DNA from: Camelus ferus
Lineage: Eukaryota
DNA: 64,000 bases
NCBI RefSeq assembly: GCF_009834535.1
Contig: NC_045697.1
Coordinates: 64,544,001 to 64,608,000, forward strand
Reading direction: 5' to 3'
Part shown: in pieces, positions 17,001 through 31,140 of the stretch
Layout of the letters: each line of letters opens with the position of its first letter
Numbering within the stretch: position 1 is the first letter of the stretch
Notes under the pieces: generated by a model
Database searches by the model: none
What the model saw: the letters and a program-made list of their open reading frames with translations, nothing else
Told to the model about the DNA's origin: nothing
Made by a program: the position numbers and the translations under genes

Positions 17001-20000
17001 GGTAATTTAAATATATTTAGTATTTGAGATAAAATTTGGTAATTTTTTAAAGGCACAATCATAAGACAATTTTCAATAAGAGGATTTAAAATATCCCTTT
17101 TTATTCAAATCTTTTTATTCATTTGGATAGCAAATGTTCAGATAACACTGTTTTTGTTTTGTGTTTTGGTGGTTGTTTTTTTTTGTTTTATAATCTCAGA
17201 TCAAGTGATACTGGGCCAATGACAGTGGAATTAGCCAGAGAAGCTTATATGTTCTCTCTGAAACAGACTCTATTAGTTGTTTTGCAATTTTGCTTCATTT
17301 AGTTTCCCAGATTAGCACTTAGATTTAGATAAAACTTTCTTACCTGAAATTATGAGTAGATTATACCTTATGGATATTGATATAGCATTACAAATAGAAT
17401 CAACATTTAGTCTTTCAATATGCTAATTTTAGGAACACATGGTATTCATATGTAAGTGGCATTAAAATAGCATAAAATCCTCTTTACAATAGACACATTT
17501 GAATTGAATATAGGTGTCCTCTAAGTAAATTCTATTATGCATCTAATTTACTTAAAAATTCATTTTGGAACAATTAAAAAAGAATATAGTTGTTTCACAA
17601 GGCAGTACATACTGCCACATAGAACTTAAATAGATAAAATAAATTCATATGATATTAATTTTCAGTATCCCATTTAAATATTTCCTTTTATGGAACTTTT
17701 ACTTCTATTTGTGCTATACCATAGCTGACAGATCTTTAGTCATAGGTGAAAATGAAAAAAGAAAGTGTCCCAAATTTTCTAACCCCAATTCAGCCTTCTG
17801 AAAATGAAGAATACATGAACAGTGAGGGGATAGGAATCCTGTGGTTTGGGTGCATTGATGACTGATAAAGAAAGCAAGCTGTGTTATGAATGGAGCTGAG
17901 GAACATAATTAATGAAGTATGGCATCAAAAAATATTTAAAACTTGCTAGTTCATAACTTCCTGGGATGGTGAAATGTAATCTTATGAAGGAAATGCTTAG
18001 CAGATTTAAATCTAAGTTTAAGTTGGAATAGGCACCTAAAATTGGTCAGATGTTTAGTATACTTAATCGCAACATCATTAAAATGACAAGCCCCACCAGC
18101 AGCACATTTTAGATAGGCTTATTATCTTAAAAACCGAAGACCAGGTAGTACCTTTGGAGCTAATGTGGGACAAGAGAGTCAGTCCTATTGTTCTGTTGCA
18201 TGTAGTTCATGGTTAATTAAAATCTGGAAGACTGAGCCTTCTGATAATTTCCACAATCTGACAACAGGTAAAATTGTGTTAGTGGTGTAGTGGCAATTAC
18301 TATCTTGCTCTTCAGTATCTGGATTTCTTCTTGCTGCTTCTTTGAATGGTGATAACACAAAACTAGTGAATTTTATTTTTAGAAATACCAGCAACTCTCA
18401 AAGGAGGCATGGCCTTTGTGAAAACCATTATAAATTTCTTCTTAACAAGATTATTTTAAAAAATTGAACACTTCATTGGTGTGGGTGGTGGCTCATGTAC
18501 AGATTTGAAAGGGATTATTCTTCTGATTCCTGGTGGTGTAGTCATGGTGGGTTTTGGACATTTTTTATAATTCATTATTTTCAAGCTGAGAAATCATGAG
18601 TTACATCCTCATATTCCAATTTCAGAAAACATACTTTTAAAAGGTTACACGAAAGCCATAACATGTGATTTTGTTTTTGATTCAGTGCTTATTGAACACC
18701 TATTATGTACTCATTTGAATACTGAAGTATTCTTATAAGACATTTTTCCCATCCTTTAAGAATGTTAAGGTGTATCTGCCTTCTGAGATAGTATTGTATA
18801 TTAGAAAGCTGAAGGTAGAGCAATTCAGGACTCAAAGTAGGGTGACTGTGGTCTATTATCATACTAGAGAATGTGATACTACAATAAATACAACCTTTAT
18901 GGTGCCCTTAAGGTGCCATAAAGCAAACATATATTTCAGAAGAAAATTATAAAAGGGGTAAGGAGATTACTACGTGCAGTGAGGTCTTCATGTATAATGG
19001 AAATCTCTTTACTCAGCTTGAGTGGTGGTTGCTAAACATTAAGCTTGTTTTCTTATAGGCTACAAAGACAATACATTCATGCAGTAGTCAGAGGTAAAGA
19101 ATAGTCTCTACCGTTTGCCGCTTTCCTCTTTTTTTGTTTCCTCTGGATGTCACTAGTTTTGCTATTAGGTCAAGTAAAGGAGGAGGTGGGCTTTATGATC
19201 CAGTTATCCTGTTATTAATAAAACTAATGAGATCCTTTCTAAATTTAATGCCGCATATCAGATCATTCCACTAAGTGTGGTTTCTTGGGAAGGGGGAAAT
19301 TAACTTACATTTACTTTTTTTCCTCTTAGTTTTGAAGTTATTAGTATACTACTGTTTCATAATACTAACCTGTTCTTTGTTCTAGATGTGAACAAAAAAA
19401 TCAGTGAAAATGACAGTTTTATACTGTAGCAAACAAAAGAAGAAAATAGCCTCACAGAAAAAGTAAAATTAGTAAACTTTACAAATGGAATAAGTAGTGT
19501 TGGGAAAACACATTTATGCCAACTTTTAATTATGTAGGTGTAATTGAGAATAGGACAAACATTGAAAATTGAAAATAACAGTTCAAAAACTAACTGGCCA
19601 AAACTTCTATTCTTCTCCTCAAGAATTCTTATTGTGGTTGATAAGCAGTTAATAAATAACAAAACTGGTTGTTCTTGATTCTTTCTTTTTATTTTTCCTG
19701 TCTACCCTTCAGTGGCAATGCTAATGAGCAGTGAAATGGCCAAAAGCAAGGAAGAAGGAGCAAAGGATTTTAGATAATCCATAAACCGGAAAATCAGCCC
19801 CTGAATACTCATATGCACAGACTTGCCAAGACGAAATAGTTTTATTTTCTCAAAATATTGCCCAGATTCTGAAGATAGAACTTGCTCTTGGCTGCTGAGC
19901 TTGTAAGAGGAGTGATGCTTCCAGGCCACCGAAGAGGAATACTCTGAGTGACAGTCTGGGAGCAAAATGAAGAACGTTATTATTGGGAAAAGAGTGCCCT

Positions 20001-20399
20001 TTAGGGGCAATGCTGCTGACAGCCAGGACCCCCGTGATCAGCTCAGTTCCATGTGTCAAGTCTATGGTGATTCTTTTAAAGAAAATATATGGATTTCGGC
20101 TATACTTCGTAAACTGTGTAAAAAATGTGCTGGATTGACATTCCTATCAATATACATTGAGTACTGAGCATCTACATTGTATATTCCCAGTTGGTTTCTA
20201 GCTGATGCTGTATTACAGACCATAAGGAAGAATTTGAATATTGCATTTTTAAAAAGAAACTGTGAAGCACATGGCAATATGTATATATATATTTCACACA
20301 CATATATATAGTGCTCATTAATATATATAAATATATATACAAACGAGATAAATATTTTCAGTGTGAATGAAAAAAGATGACCTCTATAAGTTATCCTGT

Positions 20400-20965
20400 T
20401 TTATAAACTGGCCCTCATGGAAAAGCAAAGTTTGTTTACTATTGTCATGAGAAAGCAGCAGGGATATGCTATGGCCAAAGCCATGAGTTATGGTCTGGCA
20501 AAAGAGGGAAATGGCAAGTAATTCTGTTTGGAAGAAACATTAAGGTAGAATGAGGGATATGGCAAGAGAGGAGGCTAGAAGTTAAGAAGATCTGATCCCT
20601 GTGAGGTCCAAAGGGAATTCTGTAAATAATGTAGGCTAAGAGATGCCCAGCTTTGTGTTAGAAGATTTTGAGAGTGACATTGCAATAGATGGAGACCAGT
20701 TAGAAGACCCTGGCAGTATTCCAGCTGTGTTCTGGTGGAGGACTGTGCTGAGTAACTGCAGAAGTGACTGAAGAGGAGAATCTCCTTACGGGGGAGAATG
20801 AGGAGCTTGAATCTATCAACTCAGTCATTCTTTAGAAGTGTGAATAAAAGAAGAAAGTCTAACATCATTCTTGAGTGACTCAGTGGAGGAGGCACATACT
20901 CTTCACCACCATAGGAAACTGAGAAGGAGGAGAGGAACTGAGTTTGGATTGAACTCTCAATTATT
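20400..20965 (-). mobile_element. LINE-2 fragment
   Basis: Purine-rich, with gatggagaccagttagaagaccctggcagtattccag and accataggaaactgagaaggagg motifs. Heavily decayed. Confidence 0.5.
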
Positions 20966-23900
20966 TTGGCATGATTGTGAAGTGTTCTATAACCCAGTCA
21001 GCAGCTTCCTAATACATACCTCCTTCCTGCCTCAAATGGAGGAAAAATGGGTCATTCTCCATAGTGATCAATCGTGCTTTGATTTTAAAAATGTAACTTT
21101 TCCTGGTCATTCTTTTTAAACTTTTCCCTTAGATCTAATGCTAATAGTGTCATTTCCTATTTAAAATGTGAATTGTTTATAGTATTTTTCAGCTACTTAT
21201 ATTCAGAAAATATTAGTTCTACAAGAGCCTTCTTTTTAGTTTCTGTGTCTACCAATTTATCAGTGCAGAATTACGAATTCTAAATAATATTACTGACTTT
21301 TTAAACTACTTCTCGTTTTTTAATACGAGCAAACAGATTTTTAATCACAGTCTGAGATCAGTATTAATGCTGTTAATTGATTTGATATCCATTTCCAGTC
21401 AAAACAATTTTAAAGTGGAATAATCTTTGACAAAATGTTAGGTTATCAAATGTGAAATAAAAATATGATATTTTAAATTTCTTGTGCATGATTGCTTTTC
21501 TAGTTTCATATTGCAAGTAGAATCCCCTAATGTAAATTAATAGAATTACATGGAAAGGTAAAATATTTTCATAGAATTGTGTATTTTTAGTTACATGTTT
21601 TCTGCAACATAATTAGCTGACAGCAAGGAAAATTGTTTTCTTAGAATGGCAGAAATAATTGGGACTGAAATGGGACTAAAGGGATCTTTTTGGGACTTTA
21701 AGCCTCATTTTTTAAGTGTCTCAGAAGACTGTGCTTCATAGTTAAGGATCTGTGCTATCAAATAAGAAATGTTTGAAAACATGGGTCTGCAGTCAGAAGA
21801 ATGTGAAAGCAGAGGCAATGTGTCTGCATGTGTGTAAAAACACTTTTTGAACTGAGGAGTGAAATGGAGTAGATCCAAATCAGTGTCTTCTTTCTGCCTC
21901 TGTGTGTCTTTGTTTAGAATCTCGTTTTTCAGCCTGTTTTTATAATATATACTGCCAATGCTTAATCCAGTAAAAACAGCTTGAGTGTGATATTATTAGA
22001 ACTTAATTTTGCCATCTTGCTCTTTTTTGTTCTTAATTAAGTTGATCCATTGTGTGAGAGCCAAGGATGGAAAATTGAGGGCTCCAGTGGTGAGGAAGTC
22101 TTCTGATATTTCACAGTCTTGCTCTCAGTCTCTCTAGTTAATTTTAGAGTAAATTAAGGGATAAGAAATTTAGAATTTGTCGAGGATGACCTGCATGAGT
22201 TGAGTTAGTAAAAATTCGTGATGATTGGTAAATTTTGTTTCTTAGACAGTCAGAATGCTATGTAGTACTCAAAATAGAAGCACCCAATTTGATGTCACAG
22301 TTATATATTCAAATCTTGCCTTGGTCAGCTTGCCACTTCATGGCTGTGAAGTCTTTGGATAAGTAAGGAGACTTTGAAAGTCTTAAATTTACTCCTGCTT
22401 CCTCTCCACTTCATCTGTTATAAGGGTAAGCAGTTACAACATTCAAAATATGGCCTTTGGACTCTGCAAATAGTATTCATACTGCAGGAGATTGAACTTG
22501 CAATTTAAATACACTGCCAGTTAAGATCCTGGGTGTGGGTTGTGCTTTAGAAAGCAGATGCCATGCCTAACATTAGATAGGGTTCTCTCTTTGTCTTCTG
22601 TTGCTGAAACATTAATTCAGATTTACAACTATCCTTTTTTACAACATATAAAGGAAAGTTGAAAGTCTTTATTACAATAAGTAAGTTTAAGGTTAAGTAG
22701 CCCTTCAAGGATGATACTTCACTCTCACATTATGTGAAATAGTTGGCTAAAATGTTATTTGTTATTGTTGGTACTGGTATTTAGCTTTGCTCTGTGTGGT
22801 CACACTCTTGGATTTGGAATAAGGTAATCTTACAATTTACTGTCCAAACCAGAACTCTTTTGAAAATGAAAGGGCTGAATGGAGCCAAACAGGGACAAGG
22901 AAGCACTCATTTCAAAGCCTAAACTGCAGGCATGTGATTAGCTTGTAGTTTGGCCCAGCCTCAGACTCCCCTAGGTGTATCATCTTTAAGTAGGCAGTGA
23001 TTCTGTCTTAGCAACAGGTTGTTCCATTTATCTAGGTCTTTTATGCTGATTGAATAAACAGACTGAGGTTTTGTTCTTGTTTTATTTTTAATTACTTAGA
23101 GCACTTTTCTTCACAGGCAGCAGTAAAGAGGAAAAATGGCTAACTATAGGTTGTCTTTGTTCGGACAAACATATTTAACTGATTTTTAAAATAATCAGAT
23201 GTTAGTATTTGTAATCACTCCCTTTATTCTTTCACATCCATTCTCCCTATCTACTGTTTGACTGCTACTACTAGCAGAACTATACTGAATATTGGTAATT
23301 ACATCAATTTGCACCTAATCTCAGATGCTGTATCTCTGGAACTAAATAAAGGATGTGTATTTTCACATGGAGAGGATTGTTCTAAGAAATATAAAGACAA
23401 TTTACAGCAGATTATAAAGATTACAAACATTAAAATTTGCTTCATTTTTGCATCCTAAAAGGAGAAATAATCAACTAAGCAAGTTCTAGGCAATTTTTAT
23501 TTTTTACAGAGATATATAATAGAGGAAATGTTCCAGATAAGAGGAGGGTAGCCTCAACAGTTAAAGTTTCAAAGGTGGATATTAAAAAACTTTTTTCTTA
23601 TAGGGGATAAGCATAAAATATTGGTCTGTGGCTAAAATTAAATATACTATAACTACTGTGTTATCTAATCGCTTTAACCTCTACAAACTTCTGTCTTAGA
23701 AGTATGCCTTTCAATTTGGTGTAAATGTCATTAGAGTCTCTTAACCTTCCTTTCCTTCTCTCTGTTTCAAAGTCTGGTTTTTCCTCAAGAGATGATCATG
23801 TGATGCCCTGCATTGACCTCTTACCTTCACACTCTTGCTCTTGGTAGCCTAGTTCATATTAAAAGCCTTATCTCCTTTTCTTAACTTTTGCACCCTGGTT

Positions 23901-24439
23901 ATTACTTTGTATGTTTTCCAAATGTGCAACTGGATTTGAGTGCATCCTCCTAAGTACTCTGAAAAAGACTGCGACCTTCCTCCTTTCTTTTCCGTGGCAG
24001 TTTTTAGGCTTCCGCTGACCCTGTCCCTTAGGTCATCTTCACTGTAGAAATTATGTAATCATAGACTTTCACAGTTGGGAGGAATATTAGAAATTGTCTA
24101 TAGTCCAGAGTCCTCCTTTTGCTGATGAGCAAATTGAGAGGTTAAGTGAGTTGAATGCTGCATAGATACACATTTTTGAGTAGTCTATTAAGCATAATTT
24201 TTACTAAAAAAAGTAATTATATTCACATCATCAAAGAAGTATTAATGTAGGCTATTGGCCAGGAGATACAAATAGCCCAATTATGTAGAACTGGATAATT
24301 GTTTTCATTATCTTAGGGTACATTTTACCTGTGCTCTACTATATTGTTGTAGAGTACTGTAATTAATTCCTTTGAAGCCTGCTAATATAATGTGAGAGGT
24401 AGCTAACCCAATTGGAGAACTATTCCCACAAGGGGCAGG

Positions 24440-24441
<2 letters not shown>

Positions 24442-24491
<50 letters not shown>
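24442..24491. repeat. (GT)25 microsatellite
   Basis: Directly visible, uninterrupted. Confidence 0.98.
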
Positions 24492-24493
<2 letters not shown>

Positions 24494-26005
24494 TATCTTC
24501 TAGGAATTCTCCCAGAGTTTAGAGCCCAGCAGAGTCTAGCCCACATCCAAACCCTGTTCCTCTGATTACTGACTCCACTCTTCCTCACTTTCTCTCTTTC
24601 CGTCTCCCTCTTTCTCTCCCCAAACTCAGGAGGTTGGAACTTTTTTCTTCTAAGATTTACAAATGTTAGTTCTGTCTCTATTAAAACATGTCACTGCATA
24701 GATTTAATTCACTTGGTTTTTCATCACTCTTGGACAGTTTATTTCAGTGTTTTCAACCTTAGTGTTTTCATATATAAAATGTAGATATTACCACCTATCT
24801 TGAAGGGACAAATGAAAAGTAAATTAAGTAAATAAGACAAGTTGGAAAAAAAACCAAGACTGGCATAGAATGAGTTTTCCAGAAATGTTAGTTTTCTTAC
24901 CCTGTTGTTTTCTGCCTTCTCTCAAAACTTCATAAATATAATAGTTTTGACTAATTGTACATTTTATTTGTCTGTTTTGTGCACATTTGCCAAATATCTT
25001 GAGGCTAGAGTTAATTGATTTTTATAATTATGTCAAGTAAAGAGGAAAATGGTCTATGAAAATATGAGTTATTTATATTCTCATTTTCAAACTCAAAGAG
25101 ATTTGCTATTTGTTTAATATGATAAAACACTTTAAACAATTATATGGATTTTTTAAAATCCTTTTTCTTCTTTGCTTCAGAACTTTTATAAAGTAGTTTT
25201 CTTGTTTATAAGCTCATAATCTTTCTGCTGTCTGGATCCATTCTGAGATATAACCTTCTTTAACTCTTCTTTCAGATCCATCTAACTTTATGTGTTTAAT
25301 ATCTTTAAAGTCATAATCTCTTCAACTCATATTATTTTTTGATTTTTAATGTCTACCCTATAATAATCAATTACTTAATTACTTTCTAATTTTATTTTAA
25401 AATTATCATCCATTCATTTCCTAAATCTCCTAATATTTAATGTACTAAAATGTTTATTTTGTATTTCCCATGCTTATGTAAAAAATTCTGTGAGGAAAAA
25501 TTATATTTTGATGAGAAAATAAAGGGAAAGAGAACTCACAGTGATTTGGTGAGCATTTAATTCTCTTGGCAGTTTTACATAGTGGTACTGATTTACTAAT
25601 TGTTCTTTTCTTCAGTTAAAGTAGACTTGCCTTCCAGAATTGACCTATTAATGTGATTTTAATCAATAGAGCTAGCTCCACAGGTTTATAACTGATTAAA
25701 GGTCAGTAAAGTATATGGACATTTGAGGCCAAATCAGCACAATTTGTATAGAACCCTGAATGTAAAGCCCACAATTTAATTTTACTAAGTACTTTAATGA
25801 AAAAGGACTTGTACATGTAGAGTTACCATTATTCAAAATAAATATAGTTGAAATGCTTCTATTGAGTATACAGGGATCATTGGACTAGTTTGACCACCTT
25901 CGGCACCACTATCATAAACAATGAATAGATCGAATTCCCTTAGTCCTGCCTTTTCTCTGTGAAAATACCCAGAGAACACTTGTTGCTTCTCAAACATCTT
26001 GGGAG

Positions 26006-26441
26006 GCAACAAAGTGAGTCACATCAATTTTTTTTTTATTTTCTGATTCATATAAAAGTTATGTTTACACTACACTTAGTCTATTAAGTGTTCAATAGTA
26101 TTATGTTTAAAAAACAATGTATATACATTAATCAAAAAAGTACATTCTTGTTAAAAGACACCATCTTCTGAGTCTTCAATGAGTCATAATCTTTTTGCAA
26201 TAGTAACATCAAAGATCACTGAACACAGACCACCATAATAAATGGAATAATAGTGAAAATTTGAAACATTATGAGAATTATGAAAATGTGACACAGAGAC
26301 AATCATGTGAACAGATGCTGTTGAAAAAATGGCACTGTAGACTTGTTCAACTCAGGGTTGCCACAGACTTTCAATTTGTTAAAAACACACAATACCTACA
26401 AAGTGCAGTAGAGTGAAGTGCAATAAAATGAAGTACGTCTG
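26006..26441 (-). mobile_element. Internally deleted Tigger1 DNA transposon
   Basis: aaagtgagtcacatcaattttt...atataaaagttatgtttacact (one end) joined to caatagtaacatcaaagatcactga...cagggttgccaca...gcaataaaatgaagtacgtctg|TA (other end). No transposase ORF. Confidence 0.82.
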
Positions 26442-26769
26442 TATGCCCTAACTGGGTTCAGTTTTGTATATGGGGGCCTTAACTGAGTTTATCACATACC
26501 CAGTCCAGATAACCTCAATAGCACATTATTGTGCAAAGTTGGAGAAGCCTCTGGGTTGTGGAGGCAAGTGGCACAGAGATTCCAAGGATAGGAATATTGG
26601 GTGGGGAGCCTCCAATTGCCCAGATCCAGCTCCCAGGTCACCTGACCATCATGTCTTCTTAATTACCTACTTCAGCAATACTATGGAAGATAACAGAAAG
26701 ATGTAGTGAAAATGACTAAATCCCATTCTCTATAATGAGAATAATATATAACTTGTAATTCATAATTAT

Positions 26770-26975
26770 ATATAAGAACCAGTAATTAGAGTGGCATTAT
26801 TAAGCACTCACAATATACCAATCATTGTTGCAAACTCTTTATAGATATTATCTCATTAAATTGTTACAATAACACTAATAATGCTGGTACTATCATCATT
26901 CCTGTTTTGCTGATGAGATTAAAGGAAGTTTGGGGTACTATGTAATTTGTCCAACTTCACTAAGCCACAGAATAT
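26770..26975 (-). mobile_element. MIR SINE
   Basis: tattaagcactcacaatatacca...attatctcattaaattgttacaataacact...ggtactatcatcattcctgttttgctgatgag. Confidence 0.7.
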
Positions 26976-29014
26976 AAATAATAATAGGGTCTGACACCTG
27001 TTCTCATTTCTTCTGTTACTGTGTCTAGGGAATAGTTTTCACTGAACGTGTATCTATTCCAAGCATCCCATGCTCTTTTTTCCCTCTGATACTTCATTTA
27101 CCAACAAGAAGCCAGATACTCTCATAAGAGCCCTCTCTGATGTTCTAATCAGTGTGATGCAAGGTACCCCATGCATTTCCTTACTACATTCTGTAATACT
27201 GTTGTAGCCTTGCATTTGATTTTTTGTCAACTTGAGTGAAAAAAAGAGCGAAATGATCTCTTCTACTCAGTTGTCATTAAAAAAAAAATTAACACTAGTT
27301 TTGTTGGTGATTTACCAATGGCTATTATTTTGTTGTTGTTTTTGCAACACATTGTATCATTGATTAATAAAAAGTCACTAATAAGCTCAATGTTTACATC
27401 TTTAAGTATTTGTTCACTTGTCTTCAGTTGGTTATCAGTGTGTTATACAAGTACTTGAAGCTGACCTAAGTTTTCAGTTCACTTTATTTCTAGAAAATGT
27501 CCATGCTTAGCAACATTCCTGCCTGTAATTCTATGTAGAGATTAAATGCCCTCTGAATCTCTGGTCCCCACTGCTAAAAACTCACTCAGACCCTCATTTT
27601 AGCATAGATCATATGCCAGAGAGTAACCAGTTATGCTTCACATATATCCTGTTTTACTTTCTTTTCCCATTAAGATATAGGAGTGGTTAGTTAGCCGTGA
27701 TTCCTTGGCCAAACCTTTAGGTTAATTTAGATAGGTACTACATAATACTTTTGGCTAACCTTCTGTACTTACCAAAAACAAATGGATTTAATTTAGTTAT
27801 TTCACAAAAATGATATTATACCTGTTTTAGTTTCACTTTTTAAAAAATGAAAGTTTTAGATCATATGTTTTAATGTGTTTTTCCTTGAAATTTTGTTTTC
27901 TTCTAACCCAGTAGATACTACAGATATTCTTTCTGAATGTGTGTTCTTTTGCTTTCCCTCTCATGTGTGGAATAGTAAGGAACTGAAAGAAAACTGTAAT
28001 TGTGATTAAAGTAGTATGCAAAGTGGGAAAAGAAGGAAATAGTGCATTATTTACAAGTCATTTTTATGTTTGGCAGGATGATGCACTTTGTTGAGATAAG
28101 GGCCATCAGAAAAGAAAAAAAGGGAAAAGAAAAGCTTGCTTTTACTAGAATATTTTAAATATGCTTCTTGTGTATGTTAATATATAAAGTGATAAACACT
28201 CATCTATTTGAAAAGGAGCTGTACAAAGATAGAGACAGGGAGAAATGTCAAATGTCAAATAAGAACAAAAACAAATAATACACAAATTCAAGAGGGAGAG
28301 TGACCTTTATAGAATGCCTGACAGCTGCATGTGGTCCAGGTCTCTGCTGGAACAGGACAAGGACTGCATACTGTGCCACGTTAAATGTTCTTCTCTACAG
28401 GAACACTGATGCAGGGAGAGGGCGCATGAGAGTGAGTGATAGGTCAGTTCAGCTAATGTCAGCCAGATACGTGACTCAGTAGACCAGAGGTTTGCTGAAT
28501 GGAACTTTTTGAGGTTCAGCCAGGATGATTAAAATGAAACATTTAAAAGAAATAACAGCATAATCCACTTGTATTCATTGGAAAAATGATCATTCTTTTC
28601 TGTTATATGCAATTATATTCCTACTACATTTGTGGTAACTCTGTTAGCTGCTCAAGTAATCATGCCAAAGACACTGGTTTCTCTTTCTCTAGAAAGGGTA
28701 AATTGAATACTAAATTTATCATAGTGTTAAACTTGTACTTTTCCTTTGTTTGATCTTGAATTTTCTTATTTTGAAAGGTAGTTTTATGCTAACGATTACA
28801 AAGAACATAATAAAATATAACCTCTTTGTTATCATAGGGAAATAAAATCAACATTTTTTCCCCTGGATATTCTGAATAAAAATTAAGAAACAGAAGTATA
28901 TATAAAATGATTCTTTTAAGAATGTGCTTTTTTCTAAGTCCTTACCTACTAGAAAGTGTTCTTCTCAGTATTAATTTGTGGTTTGCATGCTTCATCTTCA
29001 TGTTCTTGTTAACT

Positions 29015-30072
29015 ATTCTTGTTTTGTTTAATTGATTTACAGTGTTGTGTTAGTTTCTGGTGTACAGCATAATTATTCAGTTGTATATGTGTATATTCTT
29101 TTCCATTACAGATTATTACAAGATATTGAATGTAGCTCCCTGTGCTATACATTAGAATCTTGTTGTTTATCTATTTTATATATAGTAGTTTATATCTGTT
29201 AACCCTAAACTCCTAATTTATCCCTCCCCCTTTCCCTTTTGGTAACCATAAGTTTGTTTTCTGTGTCTGTGAATCTCTGTCTTATTTATATTATTTTTTT
29301 AGATTTCACATATAAGTGGTATAATATGATATTTGTCTTTCTCTGTCTTGACTTACTTCACTTAGTTTGATAATCTGTATGTCCATCCATGTTGTGGCAA
29401 ATGGCATTATTTCATTGTTTTTTTATGGCTGAGTAGTATTCCATTGTATATATACATCTTTTTTATTTTTTGAGTTATAGTTATTTTACAATGTTGTGTC
29501 AAATTCCAGTGTAGAGCACAATTTTTCAGTTATACATGAACATACATATATTCATTGTCACATATTTTTTCGCTGTGAGCTACCACAAGATCTCGTATAT
29601 ATTTTCCTGTGCTATACAGTATAATCTTGTTTATCTATTCTGCATATGCCTGTCAGTATCTCCAAATTTTGAAACCCTGTCTGTCCCTTCCAACCCCCCG
29701 TATATACATCTTCTTTATTCAGTCATCTGTTGGACGTATAGGTTGCTTCCATGTCTTGACTATTGTGTATAGTGCTGCTGTGAACATTGGGTGCATGTGT
29801 ATTTTCGAATTAGAGTTTTCTTCAGGTATATGCTCCAGAGTGGGCTTGTTGGATCATATGGTAAGTCTATTTCTAGTTTTCTAAGGAATCTCCATACTGT
29901 TTTCCATAGTGGATACACCAAACTATATTCCCATCAACCATGTAGGAGGGTTCCCTTTTCTCCATGCCCTTTCCATCATTTTTTGTTTGTGGACTTTTTA
30001 ATGATGGCCATTGTGACCAGTGTGAGGGGAATAACTCATTGCAGTTTTGATTTGCATTTCTCTGATAATTTA
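29015..30072 (-). mobile_element. LINE-1 3' end fragment (artiodactyl type), interrupted by a second L1
   Basis: ttgatttacagtgttgtgttagtttctggtgtacagc...ggtaaccataagtttgttttc...atggctgagtagtattccattg...ggatcatatggtaagtctatttctag...tttgatttgcatttctctgataatt. Confidence 0.88.
29461..29700 (-). mobile_element. 5'-truncated younger LINE-1 3' end nested in the older L1
   Basis: Starts with a T-rich tail and repeats the L1 terminus motif (ttacaatgttgtgtc...). Flanked by direct repeat TATATACATCTT (29449-29460 and 29701-29712). The host L1 resumes in register after it. Confidence 0.82.
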
Positions 30073-30674
30073 GCTAACTATTCTTTAATCATTTCTGTTT
30101 GAAGATGCTTCTAATCCTGGGGAAAAGTTTGATTTATATATGTGTATTGGATAATACTCGTCTTTCCCATGTCTGTATTTTACCATCCAAGATTGTTAAC
30201 TCTAAATAATTAATATTCCAAGAATAAGAGTCCTAAGTTTTTAAGTATCACAAGTGGATCAGAACCTAAAGTCTCAAATGCTTTTTCTGTGGTCTCTGGA
30301 AGTTGATAGTACAGAGTTGTGTCTTCTGGCTTCTTTTTAAGCCTTCTCCAAAAAAAATCTTTGGCATTTATTAGAAAGAAGAAGAAGAAAAAGATGACAT
30401 CCATGCACTTATTTCATTGTGGATTTTTCACAATCATGCTCAGTTGCATCAACACAACTTAGTCATATTCATATTTCTCTCAGCTTGCTTACTCTACATG
30501 ATATTCTCCTTGACTTAGTTATCTGAAACTCTTGGTTATCTGAAAGATAAAACTGGTGAACAAATTCATTATTTTATGTGCTTTTTTCTCATTAAAATAA
30601 AATCCCATGATAACCTAGATAGGGTTGTTAGGAGACTTAAATAAAAAATTGCAAAGAACAGTAATATATAGTAA

Positions 30675-31140
30675 TTCTTTCAATATTCATTACATTTTTG
30701 TGGAATATCTAAATGTTTCGTGTGCTCTTTTATGCCCTGCATATACAGTGATAAATAAAACAGGGAAAACAATCAAAGACCTATTCTTCCTGAAGCTTAC
30801 TTCTAAAGTGGGAGATAAACAGTAAATAAAAAAATGAAAGTACAGAGGGGTATGAAGAAAAACACAGCAGAGTTAGGGGATATAGAGTGATGGAGGGGTA
30901 TGAATTTAGAATGGCAGTTCAGACATCATCTCTGAGGAGATGATGTAGAGCAAAGGCTAAAGTGAAGGGATTGTGGATAGAATATGCTAGAGAAGGAGAG
31001 AGGAAGAAAGAGGAGGGGAGAGGAGAGGAGCAGAGAGAGAAGCATGCTTGGCATCTGCAGAGACTGGTGAGGTTGTCATGTAGCTGTAGTAGAGTAGCAA
31101 GCAGGGGTATGGTAGAAGAATAATTCAAGGAGGAAGACAA
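30675..31140 (-). mobile_element. LINE-2 3' end fragment
   Basis: atacagtgataaataaaacagg...cttcctgaagcttacttcta...tctctgaggagatgatgtagagcaaagg. Confidence 0.7.

Noticed and set aside
29536..30102. ORFs of 78-103 aa here, and similar ones at 44538-46914, 53816 and 62987
   Set aside because: They lie within L1 or LTR remnants, mostly antisense, and are chance ORFs.
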